This document shows, piece after piece, positions 1 to 9,255 of a stretch of DNA of 42,979 nucleotides; position 1 is the first letter of the stretch, and each line of letters opens with the position of its first letter. Under the pieces are notes generated by a model, which searched no databases, was not told the origin of the DNA, and saw nothing but the letters and a program-made list of their open reading frames with translations. The position numbers and the translations under genes were made by a program. Source of the stretch: Polyangiaceae bacterium (lineage in GTDB: Bacteria > Myxococcota_A > Polyangia > Polyangiales > Polyangiaceae); contig DATIQP010000201.1 of the NCBI GenBank assembly GCA_035470765.1, positions 1 to 42,979 on the forward strand. Direction: 5' to 3'.

Positions 1-595
1 TGAAATAGAGGAGCAACGGGTCGCTCGCGCGCGTGGCCACGCGGGCCACCCGCGCGGGCGCCGACAGCGCGTCGTCGTACGTCGTGAAGCCCGGCGCGCC
101 GCCCACCGCCAGCCTGACGCGGAGGCGCTCGGGGGCGCGCACCTTCTCGGCCCCCTCGTAGTCGGTCACCATGTGCCGGACGTTGCCACGGGCGATGCGA
201 TCGTCGATGTCGGCCTCGGTGAGCTGCGCTGTGGCCGGGATGATGACGGCGCCGAGCTTGATGGCCGCGAGCATCGTCTCCCAGAGGGGCACCACGTTGG
301 TCAGCATCAAGAGAACGCGATCGCCGCGCTCCACGCCCTGGTCGGCCAGGTAGCGGGCGAGCCGCGTGGAGCGCTCGGCGAGCCCCGCCCAGCTGGCGGT
401 GCGCACTCCGTGCGCGTCGCTGACGAGGACGAGCGCGGGCGCCGGGTTGTCCCTGGCGACCACTTCGAACCAGTCCCAGGCCCAGTTGAACTCTTCGAGC
501 TCGGGCCAGCGAAACTCGGCGCGCGCTCGCTCGAGATCGTCGCGATTCTCGAGCAGGATGTCGCGCGCCCGTCGAAAAATGTCGGTCGGCGTCAT
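1..595 (-). CDS. AMP-dependent acyl-CoA synthetase/ligase, N-terminal part (3' end runs off the window)
   Basis: Absent from the ORF track because it is open to the window edge. The reverse complement from the ATG at 595 reads MTPTDIFRRARDILLENRDDLERARAEFRWPELEEFNWAWDWFEVVARDNPAPALVLV...GDRVLLMLTNVVPLWETMLAAIKLGAVIIPAT...ASDPLLLYF. This is the N-terminal subdomain of the ANL/AMP-binding family and ends just before the SGTTG P-loop. The + strand ORFs at 171-634 are its antisense shadows. Confidence 0.8.
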   Translation of the reverse strand, partial: MTPTDIFRRARDILLENRDDLERARAEFRWPELEEFNWAWDWFEVVARDNPAPALVLVSDAHGVRTASWAGLAERSTRLARYLADQGVERGDRVLLMLTNVVPLWETMLAAIKLGAVIIPATAQLTEADIDDRIARGNVRHMVTDYEGAEKVRAPERLRVRLAVGGAPGFTTYDDALSAPARVARVATRASDPLLLYF

Positions 596-648
596 GCTCG
601 AACGGTAGCGCACCGGCCGGCGCGCGGCTGCTAATAGTAGCCACAGCC

Positions 649-1581
649 ATGAGCCTCCACGCCCGCTTCACGATCGACAGCGACATCACGCCGCACTTCA
701 CGGCCTGCTACCTGCGCGTGGCCGGCGACGAGTGCGCGTTCATCGAGGCGCACACCGCCCACGCCCTTCCCAGGCTGCTCGCGGCGCTCGCGGCGCAGCA
801 CAAGAAGCGCGAGGACGTCCGCTGGATCTTCGTCACGCACGCCCACCTCGATCACGCAGCGGGCGCGAGCGCGCTCCTGGCCGCGTGCCCGAACGCGACG
901 CTGCTCGCACACCCGCGCACGGCGAGACACCTCATCGACCCGACGAAGCTCGTCGCCAGCGCGACGGCCGTCTACGGCGAGGAGCGCTTCCGCACGCTCT
1001 ATGGCACGGTGGCGCCCATCCCGAAGGAGCGCGTGCGTGTACTCGGCGACGGCGAGAGCGTGGATCTCGGCGGGGCGCGGCTCACGGCGCTCCACACCGC
1101 GGGCCACGCCAACCACCACTTCGCGGTCGACGATCCTGCCATCGAGACGGTCTTCACCGGCGACACCTTCGGGCTCGTCTACCCCGCGCTCCAGAAATAC
1201 GGGCGCTTCGCCATCCCCTCGACCAGCCCCACCGGCTTCGACGCGAGCGAGGCGCGAAAGAGCATCGACCGTGTGCTGTCGGTCGGCGAGCGGTTCGTGT
1301 GCCCGACGCACTTCGACGCCTGGGAGGACGCGCCCCTCATCGGCGCGCAGCTTCGCCGCTTCATCGACCGCGCCGATGGGTGGGTGGAGGACGCCGCGCG
1401 TGGCGACGAGCCGGTCGAAGCGCTCCAGGCGCGCTTCGCCCGCGCGTGGCGAGAGGCCATCGCCGAGGAGGCTCCGCGCTTCGGGCACGAGGAGTACGCG
1501 CTTCTGGCGCTCGACATCGAGCTCAACGCGCAGGGCCTCGCCTTCGCCGCCGGCGCGCGGCGACGCGAGTCCCACGAGTGA
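649..1581 (+). CDS. MBL-fold metallo-hydrolase
   Basis: 310-aa ORF with the metallo-beta-lactamase motif FVTHAHLDHAAG (HxHxDH) and a later TAGHANHH. Third-position GC is high. Confidence 0.85.
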   Translation: MSLHARFTIDSDITPHFTACYLRVAGDECAFIEAHTAHALPRLLAALAAQHKKREDVRWIFVTHAHLDHAAGASALLAACPNATLLAHPRTARHLIDPTKLVASATAVYGEERFRTLYGTVAPIPKERVRVLGDGESVDLGGARLTALHTAGHANHHFAVDDPAIETVFTGDTFGLVYPALQKYGRFAIPSTSPTGFDASEARKSIDRVLSVGERFVCPTHFDAWEDAPLIGAQLRRFIDRADGWVEDAARGDEPVEALQARFARAWREAIAEEAPRFGHEEYALLALDIELNAQGLAFAAGARRRESHE

Positions 1582-2002
1582 GGACGCCGTCCCGTCGTCC
1601 GCGGGCCGAAGAGAAGCCACCGGCCTTCAGCGGCTGTCCGAGTGGCGCTCCGGCAGCCCATTCTCGTCGAGGAACGCACTCACTCCGGCCTGCGCGGTTT
1701 CGAGCTCGCTCGCACTGCACCACGATTTCGCCGGCGCGCTCCTCCGGATGGAGGACGATGCTCCCCGCGCGAGCCTGCACGAGCAGCAAGGCGCCGAAGA
1801 TCGTGGGCCCGAAGAAGATCACGTTGACGTTGGTGGCGTTCGCCGCCACCCACAGGAAGACGACGACGTTCACCACGATGACGGCGAGGCCGCCGAGCAC
1901 CTTGAGACGGCGCGCGCGGTCGCTCCCCAGCGCGTGCGTGGGGCGGCGCAATTCGTGGGCACGGTACGGATTCACTCGGCTACGTACCATCGTACCGCGC
2001 AT
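1523..2002 (-). CDS. Hypothetical small membrane protein (possibly LapA/DUF1049-like)
   Basis: The N-terminal 90 aa contain two hydrophobic helices: LKVLGGLAVIVVNVVVFLWVAANA and VNVIFFGPTIFGALLLVQA. The C-terminal half is low-complexity and overlaps the convergent MBL gene by 59 nt, so the true 3' end or frame is uncertain. Confidence 0.35.
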   Translation of the reverse strand: MRGTMVRSRVNPYRAHELRRPTHALGSDRARRLKVLGGLAVIVVNVVVFLWVAANATNVNVIFFGPTIFGALLLVQARAGSIVLHPEERAGEIVVQCERARNRAGRSECVPRREWAAGAPLGQPLKAGGFSSARGRRDGVLTRGTRVAARRRRRRGPAR

Positions 2003-2052
2003 CCGAATCTCAGCGACCCGCGCGACGCGAGAAGCCGAATCGATACGGGTCT

Positions 2053-3717
2053 TCAGAACGAATACTTGTCCTGGCTGAGCCCATTGGGTGAGCCTCCCTG
2101 GCCTGGCGTAATCGTCGCCGTCGTGTGGGTCGGCTCGGTCCCCTGGTAGACGAGCCCGATCGAAGGTCCACCACCACCATTGCCGCTCACCCCCGCGGCC
2201 CCACCCGAGCCGCCCTTGCCGCCCGAACCCGTCCAGCCTGCGTGGGCCGTCCAGCCGCTGATCGTACCCATCGGAAACGCTGGCGACGTGTAACTAGGGG
2301 GCGATCCCCCGGTTCCCCCGGTTCCTCCGGGGCTCGGAGTGCTTGGGGTTCCCGCGGCGCCGCCTGCGCCGCCGCTGCTCGTCTCGACCGTCACGTGATC
2401 GAGAAGGAAGGGGCTCTGCAGGGCGACAATCGCGACGCTGGCGCCGCCGCCCTTTCCTGGTGTCCCGGCCAGACCCGGACAACCGCCCGCGCCACCGCCG
2501 GCCCCCGCTTCTCCCCAGCCATAGTCGCCCTGGAAGCTCTGTGGATTCACGTCCTGGTCCCTCGATGCGATGGAGAGGTCCTGCAGGCCATAAGCGCCAG
2601 CGCCACCACCACCCTGGCCGGGTTGGCCATCGCCGCCCGCCGTGCCGTCGCTCGGCGTGTAGCCGCTCGCCGTGAACGTGCCGACCGCACCGCCGGAGTT
2701 GCCGTTCGCGCCGGGGGCTCCGTCCAGACCCGGCACGCCGCCGTTGTATTGGCCGACGGAACCGCCCAGCGCGGTCTGCGCGGTCGCTGGGTTTGCATTG
2801 CCGCCGGTCGTCGGATGGCCCGACACTGCGCTCCAGTGATAGGTAATGCCGGAGGAATCCGCGATCGACTGGTACTCCCCGGCGGCGCCGCCGTTGCCGC
2901 CGTTTCCACCGTCGTGCCCGGTAGCGCCCGTGCACGTGTTCGTGCCGCCAGCGGCGCCGCCAATGTACGCGGTGATGTTGCAGAGAGTCGATGTGCACAC
3001 GCCCTTGGTCCACGAATTGTGGCCGTTCTTCGTGCTGGTGGATTCGGTGAGCGTCGTGCCGTTGGTCCCCTTGGCCCCCGCGCCGCCCGTGCCGGCATGG
3101 ATCACGGCGTTGGCGATCGTCAGTGCGGGCGAGGCAACCACGATAATGCCGATCGAGCTCTGCGAGCTGCCCGTGAAGCTGGGCGCGATGAGATCGACGG
3201 CCTCGACGCGCGTCGGATCCGTGATGTTCGTGGCGGTCGCGGCCGGGCTCGTCGTCGGCTGCACCTTGGCGTGAGAAGTACTCACGGTCCAACCTTTGGC
3301 GCAGTCGAAGTAACCAAAGATCGAGACTCCATCGGCGAGGGTGATGGTCTCGGCGTAGGTCTCGGCGCACGCGTAGACTCGCTTCTTGGCCGGTGTGGCC
3401 GCGGCGATGCCTGCTTGCAGGGAGGCGAATGGTTTCGCCTTCGTCCCGTCCCCGGCGGCGGTGCCCATCGACGAAGAAACGAAGATGCCCTCTACGTCGT
3501 TGATCACGCAGGTGTCCTCGGTGGGGAGCTTGGCGGGGTTGCAGCCGCCAGTCACCACACCACCGTCCCCGCCGTCGGCCACGCCTCCCCCATCCCCGCC
3601 GTCTCCGACGTCCCCACCGTTGGAGCTGCAAGCGGCGGCCAACAAGACCACGAGACCGAACCCGGCTCGACGCGCCATCGGCGCGCACACGGCGTTACGC
3701 ATTGAAACCCTCCTCAC
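2053..3717 (-). CDS. Secreted glycine-rich lipoprotein, function unknown
   Basis: 554-aa ORF with a lipobox signal (GLVVLLAAACSS) and an N-terminal domain (VYACAETYAETITLADGVSIFGYFDC). This is followed by about 350 aa of Gly-rich GGxGGxG/PGxxG tracts. The exact start is uncertain (candidate Met codons at residues 1, 6 and 14). Confidence 0.7.
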   Translation of the reverse strand: MRRVSMRNAVCAPMARRAGFGLVVLLAAACSSNGGDVGDGGDGGGVADGGDGGVVTGGCNPAKLPTEDTCVINDVEGIFVSSSMGTAAGDGTKAKPFASLQAGIAAATPAKKRVYACAETYAETITLADGVSIFGYFDCAKGWTVSTSHAKVQPTTSPAATATNITDPTRVEAVDLIAPSFTGSSQSSIGIIVVASPALTIANAVIHAGTGGAGAKGTNGTTLTESTSTKNGHNSWTKGVCTSTLCNITAYIGGAAGGTNTCTGATGHDGGNGGNGGAAGEYQSIADSSGITYHWSAVSGHPTTGGNANPATAQTALGGSVGQYNGGVPGLDGAPGANGNSGGAVGTFTASGYTPSDGTAGGDGQPGQGGGGAGAYGLQDLSIASRDQDVNPQSFQGDYGWGEAGAGGGAGGCPGLAGTPGKGGGASVAIVALQSPFLLDHVTVETSSGGAGGAAGTPSTPSPGGTGGTGGSPPSYTSPAFPMGTISGWTAHAGWTGSGGKGGSGGAAGVSGNGGGGPSIGLVYQGTEPTHTTATITPGQGGSPNGLSQDKYSF

Positions 3718-3825
3718 CTGTTCGAGACGCGACCGAACTTAGCGCAACGCGCGGGCCGCCGCTGCCGGAATTCGCACGCGGGAAGGGACATCCCGGCCGC
3801 CCGCGACGTACCGTATCGGGGCCAC

Positions 3826-4410
3826 ATGGGGATTCAAATCGTCTTCGCGCTCTTGTGCTTCGCCTTGGGGTCATGGCTCGTGCCGCGGTGGCGCCGCATG
3901 CGCGCGCGCGGAAGCCGCCAGGGCGCCTACTGGTTCGTCACGCCGAACCTCTTTGGCAGCTTCGCGTTCGGTGTCGCGCTCCTCTGGGGTCCAGGCCACG
4001 TCGCGCTCGCCCGATACGCAGCATGGCGCGACGCACGATACCTGGCACAACTCCCGATTCGCTGCGACCGGACCGGCCTCGAAATCCGCAACGACAGCGG
4101 TGTCCCGCGCCACGTGACGCTCGACGACGTGGCGCTCCAGAGCATCTCGCCGATGCTCGGCGTCGAGCCGCAGTCGTGGTACGTCGCGGTCGAGCCGCGC
4201 GCCCGCGACATCGCGCCGGGAGAGTCCGCGCGCTTCGAGCTGACCCCGGTCACGAACGGCCCATGCGCAGGCGAAGAGCACGTCGCGTTCGTCATCGCCC
4301 CGAGCTTCGCGCCGCGCGCGACCTGCGATCGCGCACGGTTTCACATCACCAGCGGGAATGTCGGTAGCTCGCCGGAGCTCGACACGCGAGCCACGTGCGA
4401 CTTTCGATGA
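3826..4410 (+). CDS. Hypothetical membrane protein
   Basis: 194-aa ORF with two N-terminal hydrophobic helices (IQIVFALLCFALGSWLV; LFGSFAFGVALLWGPG). No recognisable domain. Confidence 0.5.
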   Translation: MGIQIVFALLCFALGSWLVPRWRRMRARGSRQGAYWFVTPNLFGSFAFGVALLWGPGHVALARYAAWRDARYLAQLPIRCDRTGLEIRNDSGVPRHVTLDDVALQSISPMLGVEPQSWYVAVEPRARDIAPGESARFELTPVTNGPCAGEEHVAFVIAPSFAPRATCDRARFHITSGNVGSSPELDTRATCDFR

Positions 4411-4709
4411 CGTACAGCCCCCCGTCTACAGGCGATCCCGGGAAGTGATTCTGGGGATCAGGGCATTTGCGCCGGCTTGGCATGCGAGGACGACCGCCGT
4501 TGCAGTGCTGCCCCGCAACCACCACGGTTGTCCGCACGCTTGGTGCGCGGAATTCCATTCGGGCACTGGCGACATGCGGGCCTTGTCGCCTCGAGCGTGG
4601 CCAGATCGCGGCACCCTGGCAGGTTTGCGACGACAACCTCCTACCCGTCGCCGGGCTCACGGACTCGCGCTACGGGGTCCTCCGCGGGCCGATGCGCGCC
4701 GGAGTCGGT

Positions 4710-6011
4710 TCAGTTCTCGGGGACGGGCACTCCGGTCTTCGCCGGGTCGAGCACGCTGCCGAGGTTGTTCACCAGAGCGTCGCGCGTCTGCAGCTGCCCG
4801 GTCGCCCCGCCGAGGAAGTTCCACTCGATGAACTTCACGACGCTCGAGTGCTCCATCGTCACGTGGGAGACGAAGTTCTTGCGAGCGAACGGGCCGATCG
4901 CCAAAAAGGGGACGCGCGTGCCGTACGGCTTCTGATCGACCGTGCTGTCCGGCGGCGGCGCGACGTGATCGAAGTAGCCGCCGCCCTCGTCGTAGGTGAA
5001 AAGGACGAGAGTCGATTCGCGGTAGCGCGAGGACTGCACGGCATCGATGATGCTCGTGACGTAGGTGACGCCGTCGCTCAGCTTGCTGAACTGCCCGGGG
5101 TGCTCGCTCTTGTAGCCGACGGACCGCACGAAGGAGACCGCCGGCAGCGTGCCCTTGTCGAGGTCACCGAGGAAGGCCGTGTCGTCCTTCATCGTCAGCG
5201 CGTTGTCCCGGGTCGAGGCGTAGTACTCGAAGGGCACGTCGCTCGGATCGAACGTGCACGGGTAGAAGTTGATCTTGGCGGGACAATCGTCCGGGTGCAC
5301 CGCGCAGAAGCCCTGCGCGGTCGCGGTCGACTGATCGGCGTAGCCGCCGGCGTACATCGACCAAGGAACGCCCGCCTGGGTCAGCAGATCGCCGACGGTC
5401 TTGTCGGGATACTGGATCTGCGATCCTGCTCCGAGGGTACACGCGACGCCAGTGGCGCCCTGCGGCGCCTCGGTGTTGTCGCTGAAGACGAACGCCGCGC
5501 GCGCGAAGTACATGTCGTTCGACGAGCTCGCGCCGATCACCGGCTGGAAGTATCGGTCGGCGAGCGCGTTCTGCGAGGCGAGGTCCCAGTACGGCTTGAT
5601 GACCGTCGCGTCGGACGTCATCACGTTGAGCGGGCTACCGCACGACGCCGTCGCGTAGCCGTCCATCTTTCCGCCGTTCATCTCCGTCGTCTCGCACGCC
5701 GTCGAGTGATCCGGATCGTGCGTGCCCATCGCGGTGTCATCGAGGTTGCCGAGCGGCGCGCCGCTCGGATCGGCCTGAGGAGCCGCTTCGCAACACGCCG
5801 GCCCGTCGTTGCACGTCGGGTTCGAGCCCGGAGCGGCGGTGCAGTAGCGGCCGAAGTGGTTGTCGAAGGTGTGGTTCTCCTGGATGAGGACCACGACGTG
5901 CTTGATGTTCGATTGCGGGCACGGCCCCGCGCATGAGTTGTCGGGGGGCGGCAGGGCGCTCGAGGAGCAACCTGCCAGTAGAACCCCGCCCAAGAGCCAA
6001 AAGAAACGCAT
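4710..6011 (-). CDS. Phosphoesterase-family lipoprotein (phospholipase C / AcpA acid-phosphatase type)
   Basis: Contains the signature HVVVLIQENHTFDNHFG plus YFDHV and TRVPFLAIGPF, typical of the PLC/AcpA phosphoesterase family. I place the start at the internal ATG at 6011, which gives the lipoprotein signal MRFFWLLGGVLLAGCSS. The 108-codon upstream extension of the track ORF is low-complexity. Confidence 0.9.
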   Translation of the reverse strand: MRFFWLLGGVLLAGCSSSALPPPDNSCAGPCPQSNIKHVVVLIQENHTFDNHFGRYCTAAPGSNPTCNDGPACCEAAPQADPSGAPLGNLDDTAMGTHDPDHSTACETTEMNGGKMDGYATASCGSPLNVMTSDATVIKPYWDLASQNALADRYFQPVIGASSSNDMYFARAAFVFSDNTEAPQGATGVACTLGAGSQIQYPDKTVGDLLTQAGVPWSMYAGGYADQSTATAQGFCAVHPDDCPAKINFYPCTFDPSDVPFEYYASTRDNALTMKDDTAFLGDLDKGTLPAVSFVRSVGYKSEHPGQFSKLSDGVTYVTSIIDAVQSSRYRESTLVLFTYDEGGGYFDHVAPPPDSTVDQKPYGTRVPFLAIGPFARKNFVSHVTMEHSSVVKFIEWNFLGGATGQLQTRDALVNNLGSVLDPAKTGVPVPEN

Positions 6012-6125
6012 GAGGCGATTCTGGGGGAAGAGGCCTTCGCTGTCGACTCTCCCGAGCCCGACGGCGCCGTCTCCGACGCGCCCATCGTCAAGGACTCGTC
6101 CATCCTCGACGGCGGCATCGGCATC

Positions 6126-6368
6126 GTGGACGCCGCGTGTGTCTTCGACGGTGGCGCCCTGGAGTCGTGCGGAAGCTCCACCTCGTGCTTCTCGGGGACG
6201 CACTACTGCAACGTGGGCGCGTGCACCTTCGTGCCCGACCCGTGTATGTGCGATCACTCCTGCAATTGTGTCGAGAAGTCGGCCGCGGATCCCTGCGCCG
6301 GCGGCGACGCCGGCACCCGGCAGTGCAGCGATCAAAACGGGTACGTCGTGGTTTGGTGCAGCCCCTGA
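6126..6368 (+). CDS. Small Cys-rich ORF (11 Cys in 80 aa) lacking a signal peptide; possibly a 5'-truncated remnant
   Basis: GTG-initiated 80-aa ORF: VDAACVFDGGALESCGSSTSCFSGTHYCNVGACTFVPDPCMCDHSCNCVEKSAADPCAGGDAGTRQC. The frame is open back to a TAG at 5979-5981, but there is no ATG/GTG/TTG before 6126 and no signal sequence. Confidence 0.3.
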   Translation: MDAACVFDGGALESCGSSTSCFSGTHYCNVGACTFVPDPCMCDHSCNCVEKSAADPCAGGDAGTRQCSDQNGYVVVWCSP

Positions 6369-6521
6369 ACCGCGCGCGCAGGCCTTCCGAGGAGGGGTGT
6401 ACCCGCGAGATCACTGGCAAGCGGGGTTGTCAGGGCTGATCACTCGACGTTCCGGTCGAGGATGCCGCGCGCGGGGATCTTTGGCCTTTTCGGTGGCCCC
6501 GTGTTTGCACCGTAAGCTCCG

Positions 6522-6965
6522 ATGGCCATTTCGTTGACGCTGGATCCGCAAGATGGCGTCTGGACGCTCCAGCAGCGCACATCGCTGCTCGACGGCAGGA
6601 GTTTCCGGAAGTGGCGCGAACACCTGCTGGACGCGCTGAAGGAGATCGATCACCCCATCGATCTGCTCGTCGATCTCGAGGGCCTCAGCCTCCACCCCTC
6701 GGTCGTGCCGGCCTTCGCGTTCGTCCTCTGCCGCACCCCGTGGATCCGAGAAGCCCTCTATTACGGCGCGGATCGATCGATGATGGCGACGTTGAAGTTC
6801 GCGCACCCGTACGTGAGGCTCCATCCGGATCGTGCGAGCGCCTTGGCGAGGCTGGAGGATCTCCGCTGCGGTCGTCCCATGCTGCGCCGAAGCGGGACGG
6901 TCCTCGCCCCTTCCGCCGTGAACCAATTGCTCGCGGCGAACGTGAACGAGCGGAAGCGTCGCTAG
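6522..6965 (+). CDS. Hypothetical protein
   Basis: 147-aa ATG-initiated ORF with a non-repetitive, globular-looking sequence. I recognise no motif. Confidence 0.5.
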   Translation: MAISLTLDPQDGVWTLQQRTSLLDGRSFRKWREHLLDALKEIDHPIDLLVDLEGLSLHPSVVPAFAFVLCRTPWIREALYYGADRSMMATLKFAHPYVRLHPDRASALARLEDLRCGRPMLRRSGTVLAPSAVNQLLAANVNERKRR

Positions 6966-7033
6966 TCCGTCCAGAGATCATCCAGGCGACGAGCTGCTGG
7001 GCGGGGCTCCTATCGCACGCAGGCATTGCGCGA

Positions 7034-7873
7034 TCACATCCGAGCTCTCGATCGACACGACGGGCGAGTCGTCGAGGGCGCCGGTGCCGTCGCGTGCGTC
7101 GGTGTACGGCGCTCCGCCGCCCCCGGCAGGAGGGTCGTGATCTCGCAGCCGTCCTTCGTGACGACGATCGTGTGCTCGAACTGAGCCGAGCGCGAGCCGT
7201 CGACGGTCACGACGGTCCACCCGTCGCGGAGCACGCGCACCTCGGGGCCGCCGGCGTTGATCATCGGCTCGATCGTGAGCGCCATGCCGGCGCGGAGGCG
7301 CATGCCCGCGCCGCGTGCTCTGACGTGCGAAACGTGCGGCTCCGTGTGCATGCTCCGGCCGATTCCGTGCCCGCCGTACTCGCGCACCACGCTCACGCCC
7401 GCGCCGCACGCGACCTCCTCGATCGCCGCGCCGATGTCGCCGAGGCGCGCGCCGTCGCGTACGACCGCGATCCCTGCGTCGCGACACGCCCGTGCGATGT
7501 CCACGAGCCGCTGCGTCTGCGCCGACGCCTCGCCGACGACCCATGTCGCCGACGTGTCGCCGTGGAACCCGCCGAGGCACGTCGTGACGTCGACGTTGAC
7601 GATGTCGCCGGACGCCAGCACCTCGTCACGTCGCGGGATGCCGTGACAGACGACTTCGTTCCGGCTGGTGCACACGGCGGCGGGAAAACCGTGGAACCCG
7701 AGCTGGCTCGGCGTGCCGCCGAGCGCCGCGGTGTGCTCGCGCACCCACGCGTCGATTTGCGCGGTGCTGACGCCGGGACGGATGCGCTCGGAGACGAACG
7801 CGAGCGTCGTCGCGGCCGCGGCACCCGCGCGGCGCAGGGCTTCGATCTCTCGCGGACCGTGAATCGCGACCAT
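7034..7873 (-). CDS. map: Type I methionine aminopeptidase
   Basis: Carries the MetAP-I metal-ligand blocks: VCHGIP, DIVNVDVT, GGFHGDTS, GHGIG, TIEPM and AQFEHT. Start set at the ATG at 7873 (MVAIHGPREIEALR), 14 codons inside the track ORF. Confidence 0.92.
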   Translation of the reverse strand: MVAIHGPREIEALRRAGAAAATTLAFVSERIRPGVSTAQIDAWVREHTAALGGTPSQLGFHGFPAAVCTSRNEVVCHGIPRRDEVLASGDIVNVDVTTCLGGFHGDTSATWVVGEASAQTQRLVDIARACRDAGIAVVRDGARLGDIGAAIEEVACGAGVSVVREYGGHGIGRSMHTEPHVSHVRARGAGMRLRAGMALTIEPMINAGGPEVRVLRDGWTVVTVDGSRSAQFEHTIVVTKDGCEITTLLPGAAERRTPTHATAPAPSTTRPSCRSRARM

Positions 7874-7932
7874 GCTGCATCGTGGGAGCGATCTGGGCCT
7901 CCGATCCAATACCATTTCGGTAAGATGGCCTC

Positions 7933-8190
7933 GTGAGCCTGCAGCAAGTCCGCTATTTCGTCGCCGTCGCGGAAGAGGGTCACGTCGGCCGCGCGGCCGA
8001 GCGTCTCCACGTGAGCCAGCCGCCGCTCAGCCGCCAGATTCGCGCCCTCGAAGACGAGCTCGGCGCCCCGCTCTTTCAGCGCACGCCGCGCGGCATGCGC
8101 CTTCTGCCTCGCGGCCGCGTCTTCCTCGAGCACGCGCGCCGCATCCTCGCGTGCGTCGAGGAGGCGATCAACGCGGCTCGCGCCACGTGA
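7933..8190 (+). pseudogene. LysR-family regulator, N-terminal wHTH fragment only (85 aa)
   Basis: Reads [61 protein letters not shown], a canonical LysR HTH. The frame stops after 85 codons, and no effector-binding domain follows in any frame. Confidence 0.7.
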
Positions 8191-8238
8191 GCCAGAGCGG
8201 CGTCCCATCGTCGCCATCTAGGAGCACGGCTTCCGCGC

Positions 8239-9171
8239 GTGTGGTCCGCCCCAGCACGGGTCCTTGACCTGGCTCGGCGTTCTGCGATGGTGGGCGATCG
8301 GGTGGTGGTGGACTTGCGTACCAACTGGATACCGCCGTACGGATCCATGGCCATTCCCATGTCGAAGGCCGACGCCCAGGGCGCGGCGTTCGCGACCGCG
8401 CTCGGATGCACCGACGCGCCCACCGAGCTCGCGTGCCTGCGCAGCAAGTCGCCGAGCGAGCTCCTGCACGCGGTGCCGTGGAACTTCGGAGGGATGAGCG
8501 GAACGCAGGGCGCCGATTGGCTGCCGGTCGTCGACGGCTTCGTGCTGCCCGACGATCCGATGAAGCTCTTCGCTGCCGGCTCGTTCGCGAAGGTGCCGAC
8601 GCTGCTCGGCGACAACGCCAACGAAGGTTCGATCTTCTTCGCGGTGAGCCCCACTCCCCCGACGGACGACACGAGCTACGTCGCGCTCGAGGAAGCCCAG
8701 AACCCGGGACATGGCGCCGCCGTCGCGGCTCAGTACCCGGCCGCGGCGTTCAACGGCTCGTACACGGCAGCCGCCGCCGAGGCGTTTGGCGACGGGGCGT
8801 TGGTCTGTCCGGCGCGCCGCATCGCCCGCGCGCTCGCCGCATCGGGCACGCCCACCTACCGCTACGACTTCACACACGCGGTCGCCTTCGTCGTGACGGG
8901 CATCGGCGCGTTCCACAGCTCGGAGCTGATGTTCGTCTTTGGCAATGCGCTCGGCGGTGTCTCGCTGCGCGACGACGAGCTTCCTCTGTCGAAGACGATC
9001 ATGGACTACTGGGGAGCCATGGCCGCCAGCGCCGACCCGAACGGCTCCGGCCGTCTTGCGTGGCCGAAGTACGACACGGCGAACGAGACGCAGCTCGTGC
9101 TCGACCTCACGCAGTCGACAGAGTCTGCTTACAAGAAAGCTCAGTGTGACTTCTGGGATGGGCTTCAGTGA
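8239..9171 (+). pseudogene. Type-B carboxylesterase, C-terminal fragment lacking the catalytic-Ser region
   Basis: From about 8330 onward it reads like the C-terminal 280 aa of a carboxylesterase/para-nitrobenzyl-esterase: LGC...ELACLR, DNANEGS (acid residue) and GAFHSSELMFVFGN (catalytic His). The roughly 200 N-terminal residues that contain the GESAG nucleophile elbow are absent. Confidence 0.7.
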
Positions 9172-9255
9172 GCGCCGGCACCGACTGAGCTCGGAGGGCC
9201 GCGGTCGGGGCGCCCGAGGCCCGACGCTTGCATTCCCTCGTGGTGGAGGCTCGAC

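Noticed and set aside
6012-6335. The 108-codon N-terminal extension of the phosphoesterase ORF
   Set aside because: The extension is Ala/Gly/Val/Arg low complexity. The internal ATG at 6011 gives a textbook lipoprotein signal peptide directly followed by the conserved domain.
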